A DNA stretch of 63,615 nt, the filler included, from Licmophora abbreviata (Eukaryota): the NCBI GenBank assembly GCA_900291995.1. It is 11 parts of 11 records of this genome, joined end to end, with 100 filler letters (N's around TTAATTAATTAA, not from the genome) between each part and the next. Parts side by side here need not be neighbours in the genome. Positions count along the whole stretch, not along the records: positions 1 to 4,114 come from OLMU01001218.1; positions 4,215 to 8,254 come from OLMU01001219.1; positions 8,355 to 11,847 come from OLMU01001220.1; 8 more parts are not named here. One strand, given 5' to 3'. Below the pieces are notes generated by a model, which did not search any database, was not told the origin of the DNA, and saw only the letters and a list, made by a program, of their open reading frames with translations. The translations under genes were made by a program, and so were the position numbers. Positions 1 to 11,407 of the stretch are shown piece after piece (the stretch's first letter is position 1; every line of letters starts with the position of its first letter).

Positions 1-2184
1 GCCATGTTCGAGGTGACACCTCTGGCAAATAAAGTTCACTAGGGTAACTGTGCCAAGAAGCCCTCCCAGTTCGCTGCGGGACGACGACTGAGCAGAAGGA
101 TCCCCCGGGATGATATTAGATCCTCGTATCATATCCACGTTGTTGGGTGCGTTCCGAATTGTGACCAGGAAAGCCGAAGTACCGAACTGGTTCTTGTACG
201 ACCCGTCACATACTGCAATCGCGGACCCGTCCTGAATCGCTGAAGCAATACGGTCGACTGCCCCGTCCGTACTGAGTGTAACCTCGGTGACTGCCCAGCG
301 AAGGTGGATCGGTAAGGAAGAAACAGCGTTGAGCAAAGAAGTTGGAGTCGGCGTATCCGTTCGCGGTCGTATAGCCCCAGCGTGATATCCGGAGTGGGTC
401 ATCCACGTGCCACGGCGTGTTACTTTTGTTCGAAACATAGTACCCCCCGGCCGATCTGTGCACGGGTAAGGCCCTTGGAATTTGTTACGTCCGCGGCGTT
501 GGGGATGCCGACTATAGAACTCCCAACCATGAAGCCGTGTACGATGATAGAGTCGATCCTCTAGCGGGTGTACGAACCATGTCCCGGCGTCCTGATCCAG
601 CCATGCACCAAGAGGGATCGGCAGTGTGTGATTCCGGTGGGAGACACCAAGAGAAGAGATCAATGCCCTTTGCCAGAGTTGCCAATCAGAGAGAGAGAGT
701 GATCCTTGATTCGGCCAAACATAGGGAGAACAATTCAACGCCTCTCGGATGCCTACCCACGCTTCCGGCGTAATTGTCGTCCCTGCCCCGTCGCAAATAT
801 CCGCTAGAGTAACCGCGTGTAGATATAACCGACATCGGTTGAGACGTGCCATTTCAGCGTCGGAGAACTGCGAACGGAAGGTCTGCATGAGAAACCGGTC
901 CCCCTCCCGCCGTAGTGCCAGCTGACTGGTGCAATCCTCGATGGTCATGTCATGCTCCCAGAGAAATTTCCAAGTGTGTTTGACCCACCCGTCGGTAGCA
1001 AGACATGCATACTGATCAAAATCCTGACATAACAAGCTGCCCGGTTGACCTGTCTCTAATATGAGCTGTTCCAAAGAGCCCCGGAGCAGTTGTCCTGTGA
1101 TATCAGCTGCCCGCCCGTGTCGTATCAGAACCAAAATATGTTCGATCCCCTGTGTAGTGTACAGGTGTGGAATCCCTATCCCCTGATACTTGGCCGGGCC
1201 AAAAACCTGTACTCTCGGAAGATTTCGACAAATTCCTGCCGCCGGGAGTCCAGCTCGGATAATAGGTCCCATAATGAGGTCACAGTCCCGTTGAGTGAAA
1301 GTCGTCGCGGGCAATGGGTACTCAAGTGTTTTTAGGATGGTCGTCTGTAGGGCTCGCCAGGCATCACGCCGTTCTAAGTGTCCGGATCGGATATGGTCGG
1401 CCCATTCCTGTGACTGCTGGACGAGCCACCGTATTTCTGCACGGGTATTCCCGTCCGGTGCTAGACGAACCCCTAGGGTCCGCTCTGCCACGTCCGGTGA
1501 TGAGCGTTGGAGAAGACTACGGGCTCCATTGCAGTCGTTGACCCATAGCCCCGCCGGGGCCTGAGTGTCGGTCGCGTACTTCCATGTGCCGTGGCTGGTC
1601 CAAATAAAGTCAAGAAGATACCAATGTGATTTCTGTGGCTCGATCGCGCCACCGGTGGAGCGAATCCCTCCTTCCCAATGATCCAGTGCCCCTTGCATTC
1701 GTCGTGAGACTTCCGCCCCCGAATCCGTCTCGAGTCGAGCATTCTCCACTAAGTCGGTATCATCCACAAACGAATAACCAATGAAGTGCACATCTTCGCC
1801 TGAAAGTGCCATGCGAAAGGCAAACCCAAAACCTTCTGCCCTTAGGAGATTCAAAACCGGAGTACTCACTACCGCCCAGAGACTTGGGCCCGCTCCATTT
1901 CCCTGACCGATACTGTTTACAGGGGACGTCCACAGCTCTCCGCCAAATTCAGTCTCCGAATCCCCGTACACTGTGCGAATCGTGTGGGTCATCTGTTGAA
2001 GCGTGGACAACATACAGATCAGCGGTTCTTTGGGAACCCCGACTCGCTGGGAAGACAAACTGGCAACTGCGTGAACGATTCTGTCGTAGCACGACTTGGC
2101 GTCATTTGAACAGAGTGCACTGGTGTTATTGATAGGGCGGGAGAAGAAGCGTCCGCACAGATAGCGGCGCACAATGAACGAATT
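1..2184 (-). mobile_element. 5'-truncated non-LTR retrotransposon (LINE, Ambal-like): RT + RNase H ORF, running off the left edge
   Basis: Manual translation gives a stop-free minus frame from 2184 to 1. RT motifs: ALCSNDAKSCYDRIVH, GQGNGAGPSLW, GYSFVDDTDL (FVDD at 1770-1759), WEGGIRSTGGAIEPQKSHWY, ERTLGVRLAPDGN. These are followed by GPAKYQGIGIPHLY, LNRCRLYLHAVTLADI and RNase H motifs AIAVCDGSYK (about 210-193) and SRSELGGL. RT similarity starts abruptly near 2120. Confidence 0.9.
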
Positions 2185-2400
2185 TTATGCGATGTAGGCA
2201 TCTCAGAGTTGCGTCGAATGTATCAAAGTGGCGTCCTACTACGACAACAAGAAGACACTGAGGCATCATCATAACAGCTCATAGATAACTACGACGTAGA
2301 CTGCGCAAAGACTTCATATGGTAGAATCTCCCCTGTTTCTTACTGTCTTGTTCCGTCTAGTACTCGAAGTCTCCTCGAAGTCAGCTCGTTAGCTGCACTC

Positions 2401-3809
2401 TTAGTCCATTGCATCGTATAATTCTGCTTCATGCTGCTTGCGTGTCCCATCTCCCGTCTTGGTCTTGCCGGGCCCCTTTTCCCGCACATCGTCTTGCGCC
2501 CCTCCATCATGTTCGCCTTCTCCCGAGTCCTTGCGCACCTCAAACGGCGGTGGCACTTGCTGCATTTGCACACTGGGCGCTCCCTGCAGCTCTTGAAGCT
2601 GTTGCAACAAGTCCGTGCGAACCCGATCCAGGGATCTACATTTTTTGCAAAAAAGAATAAAGGCGAAGCGAAGTGAGCAAGTGAGAAAAGGCGATACCCT
2701 GAAGATTAATGACCCGCCGCTAGCGTCCATAACAGTCCAACTTACTCCGGCGTGTTGAGATTCTCCATTGGTTCTGGCTGCAGATGAAGCTCAAAGTCGG
2801 GCGAGTAGTACTCGTAGTAGTCGTTGAAGGGAATTTCATTCGATACGTCCTGATTGAGCAGCACGGACGTTTCATACGCCCAACACCTTGCCACATTCCG
2901 AATCGTATATCCTCCTCCTCCGAGCACTAACGTGGGAACTCCAAAGGATTTAACGTACCTGACACACTCGGCATGTCCACGCAATGTGAGATTGAAGCAC
3001 CCAAGTCGATCGGAGCCCAAACTGTCCGCCCCACACTGCAAGACAATGGCACCGGGCTGAAAGACTTGCATGATTTTATCCATGACGGGCTGAAAGAGCT
3101 CTCGGTAGGTCGTATCCGTCATGCCCGACGTCAGCGGCGCATTGACACTGAACCCTTCTCCCTCTTTGGCTCCGACGTCACTAGAGTGTCCTGTTCCCGG
3201 AAAGAAGTCTCCATACTTGTGCAAAGAGAGTGTCATGACACGATCCGTACAATAAAACGCTTCCTCGACTCCGTCGCCATGATGAACATCAATGTCAATG
3301 TAGAGGACTCTTGCATGCACTTTCAACAACTCCAAGATGGCCAATACGATATCATTGATGTAACAAAAGCCGCTCGCCTCGGATTTCTTGGCATGATGCA
3401 ATCCACCGCTCCAATTGATGCAAATATCGGCTTGGTTCTGAGCCAGCTGCACGGCACCGTCCAAGCTGGCCCCCGTGTAGAGCTGCGTAAATTCAAAGAG
3501 TCCATCAAAGACAGGGCAGTCCGTATACTCGCCCGCATTGAAGCGCTGCATACTGGCATGGTACTGACGAAGATTGTCGGGTGTAATTTTAGACAAGAAA
3601 CTAACGTACTCGTCGCTGTGAAACTGCGTCATTTCTTGGGCGTTGGCGGGGTGAGGGCGATAGCACTCCATGTTCTTGTAGAGGCCGTATGACAAGATCA
3701 AGTGATGAGCGAGCTTCAGACGATGAGGTTTCATGGGATGCGACGGGCCGTAGTAGTAGTGACCGACGTCGGGGTGGTAAAAGTACGACACGCGTTGTTT
3801 GGAGGACAT
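2401..3809 (-). CDS. HDAC3: Class I histone deacetylase (RPD3 family, HDAC3/HDA9/Hos2-type); 2 exons, intron 2636-2745
   Basis: Motifs [61 protein letters not shown] intron joins NTPE to SLDRVR...GAPSVQM. The YTGASL segment and short ELYD C-terminus resemble HDAC3/HDA9 rather than HDAC1/2; the subfamily call is less certain than the family call. Confidence 0.9.
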
Positions 3810-4114
3810 GGTAGTGTACTCGTAGTAGCAGCCAGAGGCCAGTCAGTCTTTTGAGAGACAGAAGGGAAGAGGGAGGGAGCACTGGCAAGATTCCTTTCTG
3901 ACAGTCAATGAGCTTCGTATTTCACTACAGGACAGATCAGTAGACACGCAGACAATGCAGAACAGCGGCAGTCTTTGACGACGGCAGCATCATCGCCATT
4001 GTCAAACCTCTCGACCTGATGATTAGAAGGAATCAGGAGTTTCGTCAGTCCTCGAATTGAAGAAGATAAAGCAAGAGTCAATGAATTTGGAATTTGTAGT
4101 ACGAGCTCGTAGAT

Positions 4115-4214
4115 NNNNNNNNNNNNNNNNNNNNNNNNNNNNNNNNNNNNNNNNNNNNTTAATTAATTAANNNNNNNNNNNNNNNNNNNNNNNNNNNNNN
4201 NNNNNNNNNNNNNN
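4115..4214. other. Assembly gap spacer (N44-TTAATTAATTAA-N44)
   Basis: Identical 100-bp spacers also occur at 8255-8354, 11848-11947, 21751-21850, 27865-27964, 33948-34047, 38125-38224, 51787-51886, 59704-59803 and 62450-62549. The core is an artificial all-frame stop linker. Confidence 0.98.
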
Positions 4215-7200
4215 GGGGGGAGGAGATCCAATGCAGCCACAACATTCGCCTCCTCCACCGCCTATGGAAAGACAGAGAAGTAGCTCTGAGCTAGTGTCGG
4301 GACCGCCTGTCCCTTCGGACGGTTTCGGAGAGTCGCCCTATCCAAGACATCAGCAAGGAGGACCACCTGGTACACCCTACCATGCCCCTGCTACCAAATT
4401 GCCGCCGCCACCCCGCGGGGTTAATCGTATGCCATCCTACAGTAGTCTGGCGGATCCTTCGGCGCCAGGAAGTCCCGGCGGACAAGTCCGACGTGCTGGC
4501 TCGACGGGTATCGTGGATACGTCTTATCGTGGCGCACAACGACAATCACCTGGTGCAGACCGACGACGTGCAAGTTTTCACTCGTTCAGTCCGACCAGTG
4601 GTCGTCGATCTTTTAGTGGCGGTCGTTTCCCTCCGGCTCCTCCGTTTGGAGGCGGCGACGACGAACAGCAGGCAGCTCAGCCTCCACCGCAGCAGCACCT
4701 ACCACCGCCGCAACAACAGCAACAGCCTGTGGTGCCAGCTCCGGTGTCGAGTGCGGAATTATTGGCTCGGGCGCCTCGGGCTAGCAGTATAACGAGTACA
4801 AATTCTACCGATCTCACTGCGGCCGTATCATTGTCCACCGAGCCTCATCATGCTCCATTGACGAGCGCTGATTTGGGAGACGACGTTGAAAGAGCGGAAA
4901 CAGCCATCTTGCAGCTTGGCGAGCTCATGTCAAGTCCGCAGGTCAAGTCGTCCGGATCTTTGATTTTGCCGACCAAGCATTTGATTCTAAAGGCGGTGGC
5001 TGGATTGGACATGAAGGTGAAGAAGACGCAGAGAGAAGCCAAACAGTTGCAAGACGAATTGAACAAGGTTGCGGAAGAGGAATTGGCTTCCAAGAGACGC
5101 GAGCTGGATCGACTGGAACAAGAGAAACTTGCTAAGGAGACAGAAGCTCGACGCATCGAGGAAGAACGGATTGCAAGGGAGGAAGAGGCGGCGACCAAGC
5201 TTCAGCGGGAGCTTAAAGACCGCCTTAACAAGAAACAAAAGGAGTTCGATGCATCAGAAATAAGAGAAAAAGAGGCTCTCGAAGAGCGAATCGTGCAGGC
5301 AGTGAGTGAAGAGAAAACTCGTCGTATCAATGATATGAAGGAGCAGCTTGCATTTGCCACGGAGAGCTTCGATCACGATATTGTCCAAGCACGCAAGGAA
5401 TACGAAGAGGCACTGGAGGCAGCAACTGCCGTTGCGGATGCAGAACGCGCAGAGAAGGAAGCTGTCGCTGAAGAAGAAGCGAAAGCAAAGCTGGGTCCTG
5501 CAGAGATAGTGGAGCCGCAGCTATCGACTGAAAAGGAAACTTCTCGACTCGTCTCGGGCGACTTGATCGCGTCCATCTATGCTGAGAACCAGCGACGAGC
5601 TGCGGAGGCGCATGTTGAGTCACTGTCATTGCTTCCTTATACGCCAGCACCAGAAACGTCGTCTCAAGGCGCGGACTCGGTCAAGAGCAACTCCTTGTGG
5701 ACAAACCGTGCCCGCAATGTGTCTGGTCTTGCTGATGCCCTCTATACAGAGCCGAGTGACAGTCCGTTCTTTGAGCGGCACCGTCAAGCTCACACTCTGA
5801 TCGAACCCGTGGTGAAAGAGTTCGTTCGAGATCGACATCGAAAACTCCACAAGCGCTGGGAAGAGCTAGCCGAAGAGTATACTGTTCGCAACCAGCTGTA
5901 TAGTCAGGCAGAGCATATCCACACCAAGGAAAAGGCGAGCGAATCTCATTCTGTTGGAGGGAAAGACATTTTAATATTCGGAAGGAAGCCGTCTCCAAGC
6001 CGAGGTAGTGCGAAAACTAGTGCTATAAGCTCGGGGGGACGTAGCACATCCAATCCCTATCGGAGGGCACGTCGTGGCAATGATGTCGTGCGCAGCGATT
6101 ACGAACAGGAACAGATCATTGCGGAACTCACAGCCAAGGAAGCCATGGAGAAACGCATTGCGCACGGGGGTTGCAAGCTCCCTCGCCAGAGATGTCAAAT
6201 CGAAAAGGTAAGTGCGCTTCCCAGTGACCGTCCACGCAAGCTTCGAACCCTCACCTTTTAATGCTGTCCTACTGTCACCAGGATTTGTCGGTCACCTTTC
6301 ACAACACTTTCAACAGTCAGCGCGTCTTCGACCCGTTGGCGGAAGCTGAACAGGAGAAACACGTGAGTGTCTGGACAGACATGGAGAAGTGCATCTTTCT
6401 CGACCGTTTTCTCCAGCACCCTAAGGATTTTAAGAAGATCGCCTCGTACCTGAAAAATAAGACGACGAAGCAGTGCATAGAGTTCTACTACACCTCAAAG
6501 CCATCCGTCCCTTACAAACAAGCATTGAAAGAGCACATGATGCGACGTAAACGAAAAGGCGATCATGGAACGTGGGATGCGTCAATCCAGGCTGCAGTTT
6601 CAGTCGGGGCAAGGGTGACAGCCGGTACTGGCGAAGACAAGCCTCTCATCTTCACTCTGCCCGAAAGCGACTGTACGTATCGAACTCGGTACTTTCATCC
6701 TTTGAGCCGCGAAATCTTCGACGCCATCAATGTTGCCAGGCTGGAAGTGTCGGACGACATGCTGACGGGAACGAAGAAGGGGAGAAGCAAGAAACGCCCG
6801 GCTCATGCCTTGTTCTCGCTCGAGCCAAAGCATCGAAAGTTCTTGAAGTTATCTGCCCAAAATTCCTCATTCGGTGCGAAAGAACGGGGTGACCTGAGAA
6901 GGTCCACCAGCGGTCTCAGCGACGTACAGGATCAAGGCGGAGACTCGATGAGCAGCACAAGTCCACAACGAAGGGCGCCTCAGAAATGGACGGCGGCCGA
7001 GAAGCGGGTTTTCTTTGAAGTAATAGAGAAGCACGGCAAGAACTGGTCAATGCTTGCCTCAGCAATCGGAACGAAGTCAATCACTCAGATAAAGAATTAC
7101 TTCTACGACCACAAGAAACAATCTGGTCGACAAGGCGGCAGAGGTAGCTCGGGCTTGGCGACCGTAAACGAAGGCGAGGTCACGGGTGATGGGGGAGAAA

Positions 7201-8089
7201 GAAACGAGGGAGGATTCGAGACCTACGGAATGCCATCTAGCGACGATGGGCGCAGATCAATACTGAGCTCGGGATTAAGTGAGGAGAGCCTCCCGGACCA
7301 CACCATGCTCGCTTCATCTGACATGTGGTCTCAGGCTCAGCATGCGATCCTCGCTCAGCAACAGCAGCAACATCACCTTGCTGCGCATTTGTCATCGCAG
7401 GAAGCACATCGTATGCTGCAGAGCCAGACGCATCAACAGCTTCTGACCAACTTGTCGGCCATGTATCCCTGGGCGAGCACTTCGCAACTGACTGTGCTCC
7501 AACAGCAGCAGCAGCAAGCACAAGACGCGCACTCAGCGGCACGAGACTGGGTTGACGGTATGTGTCACGACTACTGGCAGCGCTTTTATTTCATCTGCGT
7601 GTGTCTGGACTGGTATCTCAACACTGTCTTCTCTTACTTGTTACCAACCCAGCTGCGACGCAGATGCAGAATGTACTAGCGATGACACATGGGCACCACG
7701 GCTATTCAATGGACACGTCGTCCCACCTTCGGTCCATGGCAATGGCAAGTTTGGCCGGCATCAGTCCGGCCATGTTAGCAAGTAATCCGAGCGCTATGGC
7801 TCAGCTGGAGCAGCATCATCAGAATGAAAGCGCCGAGCAAATGCAATCTCTGGCTTCGGCGGGTCTACTGGGATATACCAATAGTGCTGCAACCCATGGC
7901 CCTACAACGGCTTCAACTGCTTCGTCGGCGTCGTCGTCGGCAGTGGCAGCTGCGGCGTTGGGCTTGCTGGCGCAGCATCCCGGCGTACCTGGGCAGGGAG
8001 AGGAGCATGGCCGGAGTGACATAAGCAGAGGCGACTATCAGGGGCGCGATGAAGCAGAGAGGGATAACCAAGGCATGTACCAAGGGTAG
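4215..8089 (+). CDS. NCoR/SMRT/Snt1/POWERDRESS-like corepressor with two SANT domains; 5' end may lie in the gap; introns 6208-6281 and 7558-7652
   Basis: Colinear NCoR-like blocks: SIYAENQRRAAEAH, LYTEPSD, VRSDYEQEQIIAEL. DAD/SANT1 is DPLAE...VWTDMEKCIFLDRFLQHPKDFKKIASYLKNKTTKQCIEFYYTSK and SANT2 is KWTAAEKRVFFEVIEKHGKNWSMLASAIGTKSITQIKNYF. GT-AG introns join the three ORFs in frame. Confidence 0.85.
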
Positions 8090-8505
8090 CCATGATACGG
8101 CGCAGTATGCAAAATAAGACTCAACTAGAGCTATGTATGATACGCCTTCGTTGCACGTCACTTTGCCGTTTGTCCTCGGCTGGCTATAGGCAACCTGAGT
8201 TTTATAAGCAGGAGTCCACGTCCTACCCCAAACCCAAAGATGGTTATCAGCTATNNNNNNNNNNNNNNNNNNNNNNNNNNNNNNNNNNNNNNNNNNNNTT
8301 AATTAATTAANNNNNNNNNNNNNNNNNNNNNNNNNNNNNNNNNNNNNNNNNNNNATGCGTTGGACCAAAACTCCGGGAGCTGAGCGGAAGTTGATGTCAC
8401 GTTGACATCGGTAGAAATCTTACGTGACAGATCCGACATCCGGTGTGACAGCTTCCAATTTTGCGGCACATTCCAAGTTCACATTTTCGGAATTCGTTTG
8501 GCACC

Positions 8506-10928
8506 ATGGCGGACAAGGATATCGACATCAACGAGGAGGCTCCTCACGAGGCGACCACGCTTTCGTGGCGCGATCGACTCATCGGCGACCCGGAGCGTTA
8601 CAAGTACTCGACGCTCTGCATTCCGACCGTTCCGTGGGCCAAGGAGAAGCCTGCAACCTACTTCTACACGAAGGGTACGTCGCTTGTGACTTTCTTCTTC
8701 TCCGTTTCTTTGGTCTCTTGAACCACCGGATGTGCCCAACTCACCCTTTCACCCCCTCTGCTGGGTCAAATTCTTCAGATGAACCGCTTCCTCTCTTCCT
8801 TGCCCTTGTCATGGGCCTGCAGCACGCGTTTGCCATGGTGGGAGGACTGGTACGTTTTGTGACATCCTCTTTTGTTGCCTTTTCTTTGGTCTCAAGGGCC
8901 GCTTGATAAGCCTTATCTAAACGAATCCAACCTTATAACCTCCTCCTCGATCCTTTCAGATTACGCCGCCCTTCGTTGTCTTTCGCTTCACCATTAACTT
9001 CCTCGATGTTGAGGCACAGCAGTACGCCATCTCTGCCGCGCTCATTACCAGTGGAATCTGCAGCATGGTCAACGTCTCCAAGATCCCCATCCCTCTCTCC
9101 AAGTACTGGGCCGGTCGACAGCTCTATGTCGGCGCAGGTGTGCTAAGTGTCATGGGAACCAGCTTTACGTTTCTTCCCATTTTTGAGATCTCAATCAACC
9201 AGATGAAGGCGGACGGTATCGATGGTTTTGATGCCTACGGAAAGTAAGTCAGTTCAGGGACATGGTAGCCGAGGAGGAGGGGAGCAACCACAACAGTTCT
9301 AACCGCGTTTGCTCTTACCCGGCTGTTCTGTAGGATGCTGGGAACCAGCATGGTGTGCTGTCTTCTCGAGATCTTTTTGTCATGCCTCCCGACTCAGCTT
9401 CTCTTGTCCATGTTCCCGCCTCTCGTGTCTTCCATCACTGTGATTCTCATTGGAGTGGCCTTGACTGGAACTGGAATGAGGTACTGGGGTGGTGGTGTTG
9501 TCTGTGCTGATATGATCTGGAAGGTACGTGTGGACTCCAGCCGGGATAATCGCCCAGTGTGATAGTGTATGCCCACTCACGCACTGACGCGACATTTTAA
9601 TTCTGGAATTCAGGGACACTCCCAAACGGACGCGGCCTTTGAAGCGGACCTCATCAGTCCCATCCCAAGCAACATCTGTCAGAACGGAGAAGTCTTCCTC
9701 GGATACGGATCTGCTCAGTTTATTGGTCTTGGATTCAGTGTCATGGTCGCCCTCGTTGTGATTGAGCTGTTCGGAAGTACTTTCATGAAGAACTGCAACG
9801 TCATTCTTGCTCTGCTCTTTGGGTGAGTAATGAAAACGACCTGTCTTGTGCCCGGCTCCCTCGTCTAATATGGCCGCTAACATCCCTGTCTATCCTTTCT
9901 ACAGCTACTTGATTGCTGGCGTGACAAACTACAACGGAGATAACTACGTCGATTCCTCCAAGATCAAGGCTGCTGAGACCATCACTTTCCTTTGGGTCCA
10001 GTGGTTCGGTATCGGCTTCTATGCCCCTGCCGTCATTCCAATGTTGATTGCGTACATGGTGACCACGGTCGAGACTGTGGGTGACATTAGCGCCGTGTAT
10101 GAGGCATCGGAACTCGACGCCACCGGGCGAGAATTCAAAGAGAGTCTACAAGGGGGGTTGTTCTCGGATGCTCTTTGCTCCATTTTTGCGGCGGTTGCGA
10201 CAGCCATGCCGAACACCACCTTCAGTCAGAACAATGGCGTGATTGCGCTGACCAAATGTGCTGCTAGGAGGGCGGGATATGCTTGTGGATGTGGCTCATT
10301 ATCCTTGGAGTGTTTGGCAAGTTTGCTGGTATCATTACATCAATTCCGGACTGCGTGTTGGGCGGAATGACCATCTTTTTGTTTGCGAACGTGTTGGCGT
10401 CCGGTATTGCTCTTGCATCCACGTTGGATCTACATAGCCGTCGTGTCAAGTAAGTGGTCAAGGTGCGATAAGCTTTGCAGGTGGATTGTTCTTCCTCTTA
10501 CACCTCGTCCTCGGACTCTACTTACAATGTACAGGTTCATCATGGCTCTTTCGCTTGGTGTCGGAGTAGGTGTCACGGTGTTCCCGTACGCCTTCCAAGA
10601 TCAGCGTGCATCTCCGTACACTTCTAACTTCTGGCCTTGCGATGACTGCTCGGATGCTCTGAAGGGCTTCCGCAACGGCTTGATGATTTTCTTGTCCACC
10701 GGTTACTGTGTTGGCACTGTGCTAGCCATGTGCCTCAACTTCATTCTTCCCTCGGATGCTGGAGTTGTCAAGACGGAAGATATCACAGCTAAGCTCGAAG
10801 CTGAAGAGGAAGAGGGAGAACGCAAGTTCCGAAGCACAATGCGTGACTCCATGACTGATGTCCCTCCCGTCGAACTGGACGAGGACGACGACGCAGTCTC
10901 GAGCGACGACGACCAGATTGAGGCCTAA
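8506..10928 (+). CDS. Uric acid/xanthine permease (NCS2/NAT, UapA-like); 7 exons; apparent 1-nt frameshift at about 10290
   Basis: TM1 motif GLQHAFAM, SVMGTSF, ETVGDI and the NAT signature TTFSQNNGVIALTKCA, followed in a shifted frame by IPDCVLGGM. Six GT-AG introns reconstruct an in-frame product. Confidence 0.88.
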
Positions 10929-11407
10929 AATTTTGAAGTGGCTTCTCTGTTTTGTTGGCGTACCGGCCATGTGAACAATTCCTTGTAAAAAGCTCCATGG
11001 CGTTTGTGGTATACGCAACTGATTTACACGTATTGAATGAAAACCCACACGGGCGGATAAGTCAGTCTTCAGCACGTTCGCGGTGACTTTTGGGGTACGT
11101 CGCCACTTGGACTGATTCGGCTGTGTGCGAGGTAACAACGTAGTAGTAGTGAAAATGTTTGCCTTTCTCGTTATTCGATACCGTAGGCTCCATCGGCGTC
11201 TTTCGAATCGAAATCAACGAAGACAAAAGTTCGTCCTAGAAAAGTCAAAAGAGGCTATGAACAAGCGGTTAGATCGCGCGCTGATGTGCCGACAGCACGC
11301 GAGGAATCGAATCGTATCGACCGAAACTCAAACTCGCTCATCGCTCGCAACAGCAAGCTCAGGATGAATGAATCAAGGGTGCTCACGCTGACTACAGGAA
11401 TCGTGAC

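Noticed and set aside
206..2201. Short ORFs listed in the first 2.2 kb
   Set aside because: They are shadow frames of the LINE ORF on the minus strand.
4159..4170. Recurrent TTAATTAATTAA palindrome
   Set aside because: It is always centred in N-runs, so it is an artificial linker and not a biological repeat or CRISPR element.
11030..11120. Possible C/D-box snoRNA (gaatga...ctgattc)
   Set aside because: There is no canonical RTGATGA C box and no recognisable rRNA-complementary guide.
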